64,000 bases of DNA from an uncultured Alphaproteobacteria bacterium (GTDB taxonomy: Bacteria > Pseudomonadota > Alphaproteobacteria > Methylaequorales > Methylaequoraceae): the NCBI GenBank assembly GCA_902595755.1, contig CACJRF010000001.1:65447-129446 (forward strand), written 5' to 3'. Within the stretch, counting starts at the first letter, position 1; every line of letters starts with the position of its first letter. The notes under the pieces are model-generated. The model was not told the DNA's origin. It saw nothing but the letters and a program-made list of their open reading frames with translations, and ran no database searches. Positions 38,229 to 49,526 of this stretch are shown here, in pieces. The position numbers were made by a program, and so were the translations under genes.

Positions 38229-38686
38229 TAAAGAATTTTTTTTGCTACAGTTGCCACCTCTTTCATATCGAGTTGACCAGGATATTTTTCCTTTAAATAA
38301 GAAATTAATTTACCCATGTCTTTTATTGATTTACAGTCTAACTCTTTAGCTGAATCTTTGACAATTTTCTCTAACTCATCTTTTGTGATTTGTTTAGGTA
38401 AAAATGAATTAATAACTTCTATCTCCTTTTCTTCTCTTTTTTTAAGGTCTAATCTACCAGCTTTTTCATATATACTTACACTTTCATGCCTTTGCTTTAT
38501 CATTTTCTGTAATAAATTTAGAATTTCTTCGTCTGTAATTTCACTATTATCTTTTTTTGTTCTATTTTGAATATCATGATCTTTAATTGCAGCTAATATT
38601 AATCTGATAGTAGATATTGCAACCTCATCTTTGTTTTTTAGATTATGATTTAGACTCTCTTTTATTTTTATTCTCATCGATTCCAT
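38228..38686 (-). CDS. yqeY: GatB/YqeY domain-containing protein
   Basis: 152 aa; ..LKNKDEVAISTIRLILAAIKD.. and ..ESVSIYEKAGRLDL..KE..EIEVI..FLP fit the YqeY family. The stop overlaps the dnaG start by 1 nt. Confidence 0.8.
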   Translation of the reverse strand: MESMRIKIKESLNHNLKNKDEVAISTIRLILAAIKDHDIQNRTKKDNSEITDEEILNLLQKMIKQRHESVSIYEKAGRLDLKKREEKEIEVINSFLPKQITKDELEKIVKDSAKELDCKSIKDMGKLISYLKEKYPGQLDMKEVATVAKKIL

Positions 38687-38747
38687 TTAACTTAGTTTCA
38701 AAAAAATTAATATTGTTATCAAATTACAATGTAATTATTGGAAATTA

Positions 38748-39923
38748 ATGTTATCAAAGTATATTATTTATGAAATGAAAAATATAGTTAAAACTGATCA
38801 AAATAATTGTTTACTCTTATTGGAAGATGGCTCTATGTTTTCTGGCAAAGGGTATGGGAAATTCGGTGATACTTGTGGAGAGTTATGTTTCAATACCTCT
38901 ATCACTGGTTATCAAGAAATACTATCTGACCCTTCTTATTTCAAACAAATAATAAATTTCACATTTCCTCATATTGGAATTGTAGGTTCAAATTATATTG
39001 ACTATGAAAGTGAAAAAATATTTGCCTCGGGATGCATAATAAATAGTGAAATCACATTACCTTCAAATTTTAGATCAGAGATGAGTTTTGATAAGTGGCT
39101 GAAAAAAGAGGGGAAAATATGTATTTCTAAAATTGATACAAGAAATTTAACTAAAAGGATACGGGATAAAGGAGCATGTAATGCTATGATTCACTTTCCT
39201 AAAAAAGAATTTAAATCTACAACATATCTCAAAAATAAACTTAAGAGCTTTCCGTCAATGAAAAGTTTAGATCTTGCGACTGAAGTCTCAACAAGGAATG
39301 TATATAGTTTTTCTATATCTAATAAAAAAATCATTAATCCTTTTAAATTAAAAGGTAAATTTATCGCAGTAATTGATTATGGTGTAAAAAAAAATATTCT
39401 TAAAATGATTGATTTTAAAGGATTTCAAACAATAATTTTTCCTGTAACATTTCCTTTGAAGGATATAATAAGATTAAATCCAAACGGAATTTTCTTATCT
39501 AATGGGCCTGGAGATCCTACAGCTACATATTTAAAATACAAAAAAGAACTTGATTTATTAAAAGATTTTAAAAAACCTATATTTGGTATTTGTCTTGGGC
39601 ATCAAATATTATCACTTATCTTTGGTGCTAAGACAGAAAAAATGCATCATGGTCATAGAGGAGCTAATCATCCAATTAAAAATCTTAAAAATACAAAAGT
39701 AGAAATTACAGTTCAAAATCATGGTTTTGTAGTTTCAAAAAAAAGGTTCCCCAGCAATCTAAGAGTTACCCATTTATCTTTATTCGACAATACAATTGCA
39801 GGGTTAGAGGTAAGAAATAAACCTTTTTTTTCTGTTCAATATCATCCAGAATCCTCTCCTGGACCAAAAGATAGCTACTATTTATTTAAAAAATTTAAGG
39901 ATTTAGTTAATAAGTATGCCTAA
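38748..39923 (+). CDS. carA: Carbamoyl-phosphate synthase small (glutamine amidotransferase) subunit CarA
   Basis: [10 protein letters not shown].., [17 protein letters not shown], the catalytic GICLGHQ and the QYHPE triad. The alternative start ATG 38775 (MKNIV..) aligns better with the E. coli N-terminus, so the start is uncertain. Confidence 0.93.
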   Translation: MLSKYIIYEMKNIVKTDQNNCLLLLEDGSMFSGKGYGKFGDTCGELCFNTSITGYQEILSDPSYFKQIINFTFPHIGIVGSNYIDYESEKIFASGCIINSEITLPSNFRSEMSFDKWLKKEGKICISKIDTRNLTKRIRDKGACNAMIHFPKKEFKSTTYLKNKLKSFPSMKSLDLATEVSTRNVYSFSISNKKIINPFKLKGKFIAVIDYGVKKNILKMIDFKGFQTIIFPVTFPLKDIIRLNPNGIFLSNGPGDPTATYLKYKKELDLLKDFKKPIFGICLGHQILSLIFGAKTEKMHHGHRGANHPIKNLKNTKVEITVQNHGFVVSKKRFPSNLRVTHLSLFDNTIAGLEVRNKPFFSVQYHPESSPGPKDSYYLFKKFKDLVNKYA

Positions 39924-42900
39924 GAGAAAAGATATAAAAAAAATCTTAATTATTGGAGCTGGGCCTATTGTAATTGGTCAGGCTTGTGAATTCGATTATT
40001 CGGGTGCACAAGCATGTAAAGCACTTAAGGAGGAGAATTTTAAAGTAGTCCTGGTAAATTCTAACCCAGCTACTATTATGACAGACCCTAATTTAGCTGA
40101 CCGTACCTACATAGAGCCCCTTGATGTTGAGACTATCTCAAAAATAATTGAAAGAGAAAAGCCTGATGCATTACTTTCAACAATGGGTGGACAAACAGCT
40201 CTTAATCTATCTATTGAACTAGAAAGGAGGAAAATACTAAAAAAATTTAATGTTAAATTAATTGGAGCATCCCAAAAAGTAATAAATAAAGCAGAAGATA
40301 GAGATCTTTTTAAAAAAGCTATGAAAAAAATTGATATAGAAACGCCCAAAGGGTTTATTGTTAACAACTTAAAAGAATCAGAAAGAGCTCTAAAAAATCT
40401 TGATTTTCCAATAATTGTAAGACCCTCATTCACTTTAGGTGGAGCTGGGGGAGGCACTGCGAATAGTATCAAAGAGTATCAAAAAATTGTTAAAAAAGGA
40501 TTGTCATTATCACCGATTAATGAAGTTTTAGTTGAAGAGTCACTAATTGGATGGAAAGAATATGAAATGGAGGTGATTAGAGATAAAAAAGATAATTGTA
40601 TTATAGTTTGTTCAATAGAGAATATTGACCCGATGGGCGTGCATACTGGAGACTCTATTACTGTTGCTCCTTCTTTAACACTTACAGACAAAGAATATCA
40701 AAGGATGCGTAATTATTCTATTGATGTAATAAGAGAAATTGGGGTTGAGACAGGTGGTGCAAATGTTCAATTTGCAGTGAATCCAAAAACTGGAAGAATG
40801 GTTGTAATAGAAATGAACCCTAGAGTTTCAAGATCATCTGCATTGGCATCTAAAGCAACAGGTTTTCCAATTGCAAGAATAGCAGCAAAGTTGGCTGTAG
40901 GGTACTCTTTAGATGAATTAAAAAATGATATAACAAAGACTACCCCAGCTTCATTTGAGCCTACTATAGATTATGTTGTTACAAAGATCCCTAGATTTAC
41001 TTTTGAAAAGTTTAGCGATACGGAAGAAAAATTAGGTACATCTATGAAATCAATTGGTGAATGTATGGCAATAGGTAGAAACTTTAAGGAATCTTTTTTA
41101 AAAGCAATTAGGAGCTTAGAAATTGGACTTAATGGTTTAGATATTAGTCCGAAAATTAAAAAAATGAGCAAAAAAAATCTCTCTAATTTATTAAAAAAAA
41201 ATATCCCTAATAAATTTTTAATTATTGCTCAAGCTTTAAGAATGGGAATAAAAAATGACGATGTAGCAAAAATTTCTAATTATGATCAATGGTTTATTAA
41301 TGAAATTGCAGGTTTAGTAAAAACAGAAAAAAAATTGAAAGAGAGTAGTTTAAATAGAGAATTATATTTACAGGCTAAATCGCAAGGTTTTTCTGATGAA
41401 AAAATCATAGAATTAAAAAAAGAAAATGTTAAGAAAATTAAAAAAATTAAGAAAAAGTTTGACTTAAAAGCCTCATATAGAAATATCGATACTTGTGCTG
41501 CAGAGTTCTCATCAACGACACCCTACATGTATTCTTCATGGGATTGTAATGATCAGAATGTCTCTTACGAAAAAGAGACAAACGTCACTAAAAAAAAAAA
41601 AGTAATTATAATAGGAGGAGGGCCAAACAGGATTGGCCAAGGCATTGAGTTTGATTATTGTTGTGTTCATTCATCATTTGCAATCCGTGAACTAAATATT
41701 GAGTCAGTTATGATTAATTGTAACCCTGAAACTGTTTCAACTGATTTTGATATATCCGATCGATTATATTTTGAACCGTTAGATATTGAATCAGTTCTAC
41801 AAATTTGTCGTTCTGAAAACCTAAATAACAATTTATTAGGTGTTATTGTTCAACTAGGGGGACAAACACCCTTGAAGTTATCTGAAAAACTTAATGACGA
41901 GGGTATTAAAATTCTAGGTACATCATTTGAATCAATTGATTTATGCGAGGATAGAGATAGGTTTTCCAATCTTATGAATAAATTAAAAATTAATCAGCCA
42001 AAAAGTGATATTGTGTATAGTTTGAAAGAGGCTATTTCGTCAGTAAAAAAAATTTCATATCCTATAGTAATTCGTCCGTCTTATGTACTGGGTGGTCGAG
42101 CTATGAGAGTTATTAACGACCAAAAAGAATTAAAAAATTATTTTGAAAGTAATTTTATAATTAATAATAAAGCAATCTTGATTGATGAATTTTTGATAGA
42201 TGCTAAAGAAATAGACGTAGATGCGATATCTGATGGTTCAGAGATTTTTATTGCTGGTATTTTAGAACACATTGAACAAGCAGGGGTTCATTCAGGAGAC
42301 TCAGCCTGTATTCTTCCACCTCAAACCTTATCGAACAAACTGATGAAAAAAATTAAGGATATAACAGAAAATATTTCTAGAAATCTAAAAATTATTGGCT
42401 TTATAAATATTCAATTTGCAATTAAAGATGACAAAGTCTTCGTTATCGAAGTGAACCCTAGAGCTAGTAGAACAATTCCATTCATAAGTAAAGCCATTGG
42501 TGTCCCTTTAGCAAATTTGGCGACAAAAATAATGTTAGGTAGAAAATTAAATAAAAATAAATCAAAAATATCAAAATCAAATTATGTATGTGTAAAAGAA
42601 TCTGTTTTTCCATTTGATAGATTCCCTGGAGAGGATATAATTCTTGGGCCAGAAATGAAGTCTACAGGAGAGGTAATGGGAATAGATAAAAACTTTCCCA
42701 TGGCGTTCTTAAAATCACAAATGGCTGCTGGGAATATATTACCATCATCAGGGTCTGTTTTCATTTCAGTCAGAGACGAAGATAAAGAGAATATTCTGTT
42801 TATTTGTCAATTACTTGAAAAACTTAATTATAAAATTTATACAACAAAAGGAACCTCATCCTTTTTAAAAAAATTTTGTATAGAATCAAATCTTGTTAAA

Positions 42901-43143
42901 AAAGTAAATGAAGGTGAACCACATATTGTTGATCTTATTGAAAAAAATAAGATTAATTTAATTATAAATACTACAAGTGGTTCCAAGTCAATAGCTGATA
43001 GCCTTTCGATAAGAAGAACAGCATTAAGCAAAAAAATTCCATATTTCACTACTATATCAGCAGCTAAAATTGCAATTACAGGATTGAATATAGTAAAAGA
43101 GTTAAAAATTAAAGTTAAATCTCTTCAAGAATTGTATAAGTAA
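39916..43143 (+). CDS. carB: Carbamoyl-phosphate synthase large subunit CarB
   Basis: 1075 aa with duplicated ATP-grasp halves ([21 protein letters not shown].. and [20 protein letters not shown]..), [17 protein letters not shown] and a C-terminal MGS-like domain. Confidence 0.97.
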   Translation: MPKRKDIKKILIIGAGPIVIGQACEFDYSGAQACKALKEENFKVVLVNSNPATIMTDPNLADRTYIEPLDVETISKIIEREKPDALLSTMGGQTALNLSIELERRKILKKFNVKLIGASQKVINKAEDRDLFKKAMKKIDIETPKGFIVNNLKESERALKNLDFPIIVRPSFTLGGAGGGTANSIKEYQKIVKKGLSLSPINEVLVEESLIGWKEYEMEVIRDKKDNCIIVCSIENIDPMGVHTGDSITVAPSLTLTDKEYQRMRNYSIDVIREIGVETGGANVQFAVNPKTGRMVVIEMNPRVSRSSALASKATGFPIARIAAKLAVGYSLDELKNDITKTTPASFEPTIDYVVTKIPRFTFEKFSDTEEKLGTSMKSIGECMAIGRNFKESFLKAIRSLEIGLNGLDISPKIKKMSKKNLSNLLKKNIPNKFLIIAQALRMGIKNDDVAKISNYDQWFINEIAGLVKTEKKLKESSLNRELYLQAKSQGFSDEKIIELKKENVKKIKKIKKKFDLKASYRNIDTCAAEFSSTTPYMYSSWDCNDQNVSYEKETNVTKKKKVIIIGGGPNRIGQGIEFDYCCVHSSFAIRELNIESVMINCNPETVSTDFDISDRLYFEPLDIESVLQICRSENLNNNLLGVIVQLGGQTPLKLSEKLNDEGIKILGTSFESIDLCEDRDRFSNLMNKLKINQPKSDIVYSLKEAISSVKKISYPIVIRPSYVLGGRAMRVINDQKELKNYFESNFIINNKAILIDEFLIDAKEIDVDAISDGSEIFIAGILEHIEQAGVHSGDSACILPPQTLSNKLMKKIKDITENISRNLKIIGFINIQFAIKDDKVFVIEVNPRASRTIPFISKAIGVPLANLATKIMLGRKLNKNKSKISKSNYVCVKESVFPFDRFPGEDIILGPEMKSTGEVMGIDKNFPMAFLKSQMAAGNILPSSGSVFISVRDEDKENILFICQLLEKLNYKIYTTKGTSSFLKKFCIESNLVKKVNEGEPHIVDLIEKNKINLIINTTSGSKSIADSLSIRRTALSKKIPYFTTISAAKIAITGLNIVKELKIKVKSLQELYK

Positions 43144-43178
43144 TAGAATATATTTATAAATGTACTATAATAAAATTT

Positions 43179-43655
43179 ATGACAGATAAATTTCCAATGA
43201 CCAAAGATGGTTTGAAGAAGTTAAGGGATGAATTAGAACACCTAAAAATTACTGAAAGACCAGATGTTATAAAAGCTATTTCAGAGGCTAGAGAACACGG
43301 CGATTTGTCAGAAAATGCCGAATACCACGCAGCTAGAGAGAAACAAAGCTTTATTGAGGGAAGAATCTCAGAACTTGAAAATAAAATCTTAAGAGCTGAG
43401 GTAATAGATACGTCAAATCTTGACAATTCACAGGTAGTTTTTGGTGCAACTGTTGAGGTAACTGATATAAATAACGAAAAGAAGTTCACTTATAGAATTG
43501 TTGGAACAGATGAAGCAGATATAGAAAAAAATCTGATATCAATTTCTGCACCTCTCTGTAAAGCCATGATGAATAAAAAGGTGAACGACGTTATAGAAGT
43601 TTATACACCAAGCGGAAGCAAAGAATATATCATCAACTCAATAAAATTTAATTGA
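43179..43655 (+). CDS. greA: Transcription elongation factor GreA
   Basis: 158 aa with ..RPDVIKAISEAREHGDLSENAEYHAAREKQSFIEGRI.ELE.. Confidence 0.95.
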   Translation: MTDKFPMTKDGLKKLRDELEHLKITERPDVIKAISEAREHGDLSENAEYHAAREKQSFIEGRISELENKILRAEVIDTSNLDNSQVVFGATVEVTDINNEKKFTYRIVGTDEADIEKNLISISAPLCKAMMNKKVNDVIEVYTPSGSKEYIINSIKFN

Positions 43656-43662
43656 TAAAAAT

Positions 43663-44601
43663 ATGCAGACTAGTAAAGTTTTAATAATAGGTTCTGGGCC
43701 AGCTGGATATGCAGCTGCGATTTATTCATCCCGTGCAGGTTTAAGACCGCTAATGATAAGTGGAATTGAACCAGGAGGACAACTTATGATTACAACTGAT
43801 GTAGAAAACTATCCAGGTTATGAAAACCCTATTCAAGGTCCTTGGTTAATGGAACAAATGAAAAAACAATCTGAGGCTTTTGGAACAAAAATTATTAATG
43901 ATTATGTTACAGATGTTGATTTTAGTAAGTTCCCTTTTGAAATTAATACAGAAAAGGAAAAATATTTTAGTTACTCGGTCATAATTGCAACAGGTGCAAA
44001 GGCGAAATGGTTGGGAGTACCTGGAGAAAATGAATTTAAAGGATTTGGTGTATCTGCTTGTGCAACATGTGACGGATTCTTTTTCAAAAATAAAAATGTT
44101 GTTGTTATTGGTGGAGGTAATACCGCTGTGGAAGAAACAATATTTTTATCTAATATTTGTAAAAAAGTAACACTTATCCATAGAAGAGATAAATTAAGAG
44201 CTGAAAAAATTTTACAAAACAGATTATTTGAAAAAAAAAATGTTGAGGTAATCTGGAATCATGAATTAAAGGAGATTATTGGTGAAAATGAAAATAAGTT
44301 AATTAAAAAAATAATTATTAAAAACACGAAAAATTTTGATGAAAATGAAATTAACTTAGATGGATTATTTGTAGCTATTGGTCATAAGCCTGCAACCGAA
44401 ATCTTTTTAAATAAATTAAAAATTGATGATGATGGATATATTCTTACAAAAGCTGATTCTACCAAAACCAATATTGATGGAGTTTTCGCTGCTGGAGATG
44501 TTACAGATAAAATATACAGACAAGCAGTTACAGCTGCAGGTATGGGATGTATGGGTGCGCTTGAAGCAGAAAAGTTTTTAAGTAAAAAAAAAATTAGTTA
44601 G
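43663..44601 (+). CDS. trxB: Thioredoxin-disulfide reductase
   Basis: 312 aa with GSGPAGY.AA.Y, the redox-active CATCDG, GGGNTAVEE and ..AAGDV.D..YRQAVTAAG.GC.AAL. Confidence 0.95.
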   Translation: MQTSKVLIIGSGPAGYAAAIYSSRAGLRPLMISGIEPGGQLMITTDVENYPGYENPIQGPWLMEQMKKQSEAFGTKIINDYVTDVDFSKFPFEINTEKEKYFSYSVIIATGAKAKWLGVPGENEFKGFGVSACATCDGFFFKNKNVVVIGGGNTAVEETIFLSNICKKVTLIHRRDKLRAEKILQNRLFEKKNVEVIWNHELKEIIGENENKLIKKIIIKNTKNFDENEINLDGLFVAIGHKPATEIFLNKLKIDDDGYILTKADSTKTNIDGVFAAGDVTDKIYRQAVTAAGMGCMGALEAEKFLSKKKIS

Positions 44602-44602
44602 G

Positions 44603-45505
44603 TCAATTTTTAATTATACCAACAATAGTTTTGTGAATTTTACAATTAATCCCAACGTCTTTACTTTTATCTACAACAGAACCTGAAAGCCATTGTAATT
44701 CTAACTTCTTATTCCTTTTATAATCTTCATGCATTGAAGAAGTCATCTCATAAGGCATATTTTCAATTTTTTTAAGCCAAAATTTTATTGGATCTTGTTT
44801 AAATTGGATATTATAAAAGGTTGCAAGATTAAATGTTTCCTGCATTGCATCAATAAATTGAGACTTTAAAAAAGTATCATCAAAAAGCTGTCCTATAGTT
44901 TTATTATATGCAGTAGTCATTCCGCTGTAGGCTGATAGAAAGATAAATTTCTGCCAAATCTTCTCATAAATATTACTCTTATATATTAAATCTATTTTTT
45001 TTATACAATTATGAGAACATAACTTTTGAAGTTTAACTTGATTATATTTGTATGTAGTACCTATAAAAAAAGTTGCTAGCTTTCCAATATGAATGACTGT
45101 TTGTTCCTTATCAATATATGAAGAAATTTGTGCAACTCCAGCACAAACCTTTTCTTTTCCTAATACACTTATAGCCTTTTTTTCAGCATAAATACCATTT
45201 TGAAATGGAATGAAAATAAAGTCTTTATTTTTTAAACTTAAAATTTCTTCTAAAGAATTATCAAAATCATATAGTTTTACAGTAGAAAAAATATAGTCAA
45301 ATCTAGAATCAGGATCAATTTTGTTTATAACATGAATTTTTTTTACAGATGAATTCCCTAGACTGCTTTTCAAAAATAAGCCATTTTTTTTTAAAAAATC
45401 ATACCTTTTTCCTCTTGCCATAAAAGTTAAATTAATGGTTTCGTCTATTAGTTTAGACCCTAAAAAACCTCCAATACCCCCCACGCCATAAATTAAAATA
45501 TTCAT
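44603..45505 (-). CDS. panE: 2-dehydropantoate 2-reductase (PanE/ApbA family)
   Basis: 300 aa with an N-terminal Rossmann motif (ILIYGVGGIGGFLG), ..QNG.. and ..SSM..D. The length and overall pattern fit ketopantoate reductases. Confidence 0.7.
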   Translation of the reverse strand: MNILIYGVGGIGGFLGSKLIDETINLTFMARGKRYDFLKKNGLFLKSSLGNSSVKKIHVINKIDPDSRFDYIFSTVKLYDFDNSLEEILSLKNKDFIFIPFQNGIYAEKKAISVLGKEKVCAGVAQISSYIDKEQTVIHIGKLATFFIGTTYKYNQVKLQKLCSHNCIKKIDLIYKSNIYEKIWQKFIFLSAYSGMTTAYNKTIGQLFDDTFLKSQFIDAMQETFNLATFYNIQFKQDPIKFWLKKIENMPYEMTSSMHEDYKRNKKLELQWLSGSVVDKSKDVGINCKIHKTIVGIIKN

Positions 45506-45507
45506 GT

Positions 45508-46713
45508 TTATAAAATTTTAGAGATAGAATTTTTTATTTGCTCACATGCTAATTTTAGATCATCTAACGATGTTGCGTACGAAATTCTAAAATAAGGAGA
45601 TTTTCCAAAGGCTATACCAGGTACTATTGCAACTTTAGAATCAGTTAAAATGAATTCTGCAAAATCAACATCATTTGATATTATCTTTCCGTCAGGCGTT
45701 TTTTTTTGTATAAAACCTTCACATCCAACAAACAAATAGAATGCCCCCTCTGGATTTATGACTTCAAATTCATTTATGGAATCAAAAAAATCGATTAAGA
45801 AGTTTTTTCTTTCTTCAAATTGTTTAATCCATTCACTTAAAAAAGTTTTTTTTGTATCTAATGCAAATTTCGCTGCCATTTGACTGATTGAGCAAGGGTT
45901 AGTAGTACTTTGTGATTGAATCTTTGCAATAGATTTTATAAGTTTTTCATTACCCGCCCCATAGCCTATTCGCCACCCAGTCATAGAAAAAGCCTTAGAA
46001 ACTCCGTTAACAATAAATGTTCTTTCATACAGATTAGGCGCAACATTTAAAATATTGTAAAACTTTCGATCCCCATAAATTATATGTTCATAAATATCAT
46101 CTGATAAAATATTTACGTGAGGATTATTAATTAAAACTTTACTAATTTCAAATAATTCCTCTTTGGAATAAACAGTACCTGTGGGATTGCACGGTGAATT
46201 TATGACAAACCATTTTGTGTTTTCGTTAATCTTTTTTTCTAACATTTGAGGTGTGATTTTGAATTTATTCTTAGAATCTGTTTCGATCAGCACTGGTTTT
46301 CCTCTGCACAAACTTACTATATCTGGGTATGAAACCCAATATGGGGATGGAATTACTACCTCATCTTCTTGATTTATAGATGACATAAATAAATTATAGA
46401 TTACATGTTTCCCTCCAACACCAACTGTTATTTGATCGGTATTATATTTTAAATTATTTTCTTCAAGAAATTTTTTTTGAATAGATTCTTTTAGTTCATT
46501 TATACCGTCTACCTGAGTATATTTTGTAAAACCTCTATTAATTGCATCAATAGCCTGAGATTTAATATGATCAGGAGTATCAAAATCTGGTTCTCCTGAG
46601 CTTAAACTAATAATTTTTTCTCCCTTCATTGACAATTCTCTAGCTTTTTGAGAAATTTTAACCGTTAGGGATGGTTTGAATCTGGAAAGTCGATCTGAAA
46701 TTAAGGACATCAA
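45508..46713 (-). CDS. Aspartate/aromatic aminotransferase, class I PLP enzyme
   Basis: 401 aa with ..GEPDFDTP.., NSPCNPTG, the PLP-lysine motif SKAFSMTGWRIGY and ..R.SYA. Confidence 0.88.
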   Translation of the reverse strand: MMSLISDRLSRFKPSLTVKISQKARELSMKGEKIISLSSGEPDFDTPDHIKSQAIDAINRGFTKYTQVDGINELKESIQKKFLEENNLKYNTDQITVGVGGKHVIYNLFMSSINQEDEVVIPSPYWVSYPDIVSLCRGKPVLIETDSKNKFKITPQMLEKKINENTKWFVINSPCNPTGTVYSKEELFEISKVLINNPHVNILSDDIYEHIIYGDRKFYNILNVAPNLYERTFIVNGVSKAFSMTGWRIGYGAGNEKLIKSIAKIQSQSTTNPCSISQMAAKFALDTKKTFLSEWIKQFEERKNFLIDFFDSINEFEVINPEGAFYLFVGCEGFIQKKTPDGKIISNDVDFAEFILTDSKVAIVPGIAFGKSPYFRISYATSLDDLKLACEQIKNSISKIL

Positions 46714-46797
46714 AAGAAATAATTTAAAACATCAATAATTCGATTATATATAAACTTTAACAAAAAAAAATTATAATTTTAAATATTAATTAATTTT

Positions 46798-48759
46798 ATG
46801 AATAATTTTAAAATAAATTCAAAATATAAACCTTCAGGTGATCAGCCAGAGGCAATTAAAGAGCTTTGCGTTGGTCTTGATAAAAATCTAAGTGATCAAG
46901 TTTTGCTTGGGGTAACTGGCTCAGGAAAAACATTTACAATGGCTAACATCATTCAGACTTTACAACGACCTTCATTAGTTTTCGCACCAAATAAGATTCT
47001 AGCAGCACAACTTTTTAGTGAAATGAAAAGTTTTTTTCCAAATAACAGAGTTGAATACTTCGTATCATATTATGATTATTATACTCCAGAAGCGTATGTG
47101 CCTAGATCAGATACTTTTATCGAAAAGGAATCAGCAATAAATGAACAAATTGACCGGTTAAGGCACTCCGCAACAAGATCCTTAATAGAAAGAAATGATA
47201 CTATAATAGTTGCAAGTGTCTCTTGTATATATGGTATTGGTTCAGCAGAATCATATTCATCTATGAAATTTGAAATAAAGAAAAATCATGAATACAGCCT
47301 TGACCAAATTAAAAAAAAACTTATTGAACTTCAGTATAAAAGAAATGATCAAGTTCACGTAAGAGGTACATTTAGAAATAGAGGTGATGTTCTTGAAATA
47401 TTTCCCTCGCATCTTGAAGATAAGTCATGGAGAATATCCTTTTTTGGTGATAGTGTAGAGTCTATCAAAGAATTTGATCCTTTCCTCGGAACGATTACCA
47501 AAGAATTTGAATATATCAGTATTTACGCAAATAGTCATTATGTTACACCCAAGCCATCATTAAAAAAAGCTCTTGAGAATATTAAAACTGAACTAGCTGA
47601 GAGAATAACTTTTTTTGAAGAAAAAAAACTCTTTTTGGAAGCTCAAAGAATAGAACAAAGAACTAATTTTGATCTAGAAATGATTGCAGCAACAGGAAGT
47701 TGTTCAGGTATTGAAAATTATTCACGTCACCTTACTGGAAGAAATGAGGGAGACCCACCCCCAACATTATTTGAATATCTTCCTAAAAACGTTATTCTAT
47801 TCATTGATGAGTCACATGTTACAATTCCACAAATTAGAGGGATGTTTAAAGGTGATAGAGCCAGAAAAGAAACTTTGTCAGATTATGGTTTTAGACTGCC
47901 TTCATGTAAGGATAATAGACCTTTAATGTTTGAAGAGTGGGAAAAATTTAAGGGACAAACAGTTTATGTTTCAGCCACGCCTGGAGAATATGAATTAAAT
48001 AAAACAAAGGGAGTATTTACTGAGCAAATTGTTAGACCTACAGGGCTAGTTGATCCAATTTGTGAAATTAGGAAAGCATCTAACCAAGTTGAAGATGTTA
48101 TCGAAGAATGTAAGAAAATGTCAAATCAAAATCAAAGAGTCTTGATCACAACTTTGACAAAAAAAAATGCTGAAATGGTTACTGAATTTCTTAACGAAAA
48201 TTCAGTAAAGGCTAGATATATGCACTCAGATATCGACGCAATTGAAAGAGTAGAGATTATAAAAGATTTAAGGCTTGGAAAGTTTTGCGTTCTTGTTGGT
48301 ATTAATTTGTTAAGAGAAGGTTTGGATATACCAGAATGTGGATTAGTGGCAATTTTGGATGCTGACAAGGAAGGATATCTTAGGTCTCATGTTTCTCTTA
48401 TTCAAACAATAGGAAGAGCAGCTAGGAATGTATACGGTAGAGCTATTCTTTACGCAGATCACAAAACTAAGTCTATAAGTAATGCACTGGAGGAAACATC
48501 CAGAAGAAGAATAAAGCAAATAAACTATAATAAAAAAAATAATATAACCCCGACATCAACTTTTAGAAAAATTGAAGAGTCAATCATTGATGAAAAGTCA
48601 AATGATAATAGAATACAGCAAAATAAGGAGTCAATTGGGGAAATGAAAAAAAAAATGTTAGCGTATGCTGAGGATCTAAATTTTGAAAAAGCTGCAGATT
48701 TAAGAGATAAAATTGAAATATTAGAAAAAAAAATATTAGGTATCAATGAAAAATTATAA
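46798..48759 (+). CDS. uvrB: Excinuclease ABC subunit B
   Basis: 653 aa with KPSGDQP.AI, GVTGSGKTFT, YYDYY.PEAY, DESH and the helicase C motifs. The C-terminal UVR domain is ..EDLNFEKAADLRDKI.. Confidence 0.97.
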   Translation: MNNFKINSKYKPSGDQPEAIKELCVGLDKNLSDQVLLGVTGSGKTFTMANIIQTLQRPSLVFAPNKILAAQLFSEMKSFFPNNRVEYFVSYYDYYTPEAYVPRSDTFIEKESAINEQIDRLRHSATRSLIERNDTIIVASVSCIYGIGSAESYSSMKFEIKKNHEYSLDQIKKKLIELQYKRNDQVHVRGTFRNRGDVLEIFPSHLEDKSWRISFFGDSVESIKEFDPFLGTITKEFEYISIYANSHYVTPKPSLKKALENIKTELAERITFFEEKKLFLEAQRIEQRTNFDLEMIAATGSCSGIENYSRHLTGRNEGDPPPTLFEYLPKNVILFIDESHVTIPQIRGMFKGDRARKETLSDYGFRLPSCKDNRPLMFEEWEKFKGQTVYVSATPGEYELNKTKGVFTEQIVRPTGLVDPICEIRKASNQVEDVIEECKKMSNQNQRVLITTLTKKNAEMVTEFLNENSVKARYMHSDIDAIERVEIIKDLRLGKFCVLVGINLLREGLDIPECGLVAILDADKEGYLRSHVSLIQTIGRAARNVYGRAILYADHKTKSISNALEETSRRRIKQINYNKKNNITPTSTFRKIEESIIDEKSNDNRIQQNKESIGEMKKKMLAYAEDLNFEKAADLRDKIEILEKKILGINEKL

Positions 48760-49507
48760 TACTGCTTTAATAACAGGAGGATGTCAAAGAATTGGATTCT
48801 CTATTGTTAAGTATTTAGCCTCCAGAGGATTTAATATCGTAGTACAGTATAATAATTCTAGCAAAGAAATAAAAAAAATCGAAAAAATTTCTAAAAAATT
48901 TAATGTGAAATTTCATAGTTTCAAATTTGACTTTGAGAACTTAGAAACTCTTGAAGAATGTTATAAACGTATTGTTATGAAAATTGGAAAGATAGATATC
49001 TTAATTAACAATGCTTCTGCATTTGATTATGACTCTCTTGATACATCAGATTTCAAAATTTTTGACAGGCACATAAACGTAAATCTAAAAGCACCGTTTT
49101 TTCTGAGCAAGTATTTTAAAAAAACTCTTGGTTCCAAAAATGGGCTTATAATCAATTTGCTAGACCAAAGAGTCAAAAATATAACTCCTTACTTTACATC
49201 ATATTCAATAAGTAAATTTGGACTTTATGCATTAACTAAAAGCCTTGCTTTGAGTATTTCACCTAATATTAGAGTTAATGGAATATCACCTGGACCAACT
49301 TTAAAGAGTAAAAATCAAAGTACTAAACAATTTGAGGAACAAGTCAAAAGAACACCACTAATGAAGAGTGTTAAACTTAGTGAAATTAATAATGCAGTAG
49401 GTTATTTAGTTGATAATACATCAGTTACCGGGGAAATATTGACATTAGACTCCGGGCAAAGTCTTGGATGGTCGAACACAAAATCTAAGAAATTCAAGAA
49501 CGATTAG
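48746..49507 (+). CDS. Short-chain dehydrogenase/reductase (SDR); TGG.QRIG motif reminiscent of pteridine reductase/FolM-type enzymes
   Basis: 253 aa with ALITGGCQRIG, NNAS and the catalytic YSISK. The substrate cannot be assigned from sequence alone. Confidence 0.75.
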   Translation: MKNYNTALITGGCQRIGFSIVKYLASRGFNIVVQYNNSSKEIKKIEKISKKFNVKFHSFKFDFENLETLEECYKRIVMKIGKIDILINNASAFDYDSLDTSDFKIFDRHINVNLKAPFFLSKYFKKTLGSKNGLIINLLDQRVKNITPYFTSYSISKFGLYALTKSLALSISPNIRVNGISPGPTLKSKNQSTKQFEEQVKRTPLMKSVKLSEINNAVGYLVDNTSVTGEILTLDSGQSLGWSNTKSKKFKND

Positions 49508-49526
49508 TCAAATAGTTGTTAACAAC

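Noticed and set aside
43154-43489. 111-aa minus-strand ORF overlapping greA, and the alternate-frame ORF 43985-44170 in trxB.
   Set aside because: greA and trxB carry unambiguous family signatures in their own frames. The overlapping ORFs have none.
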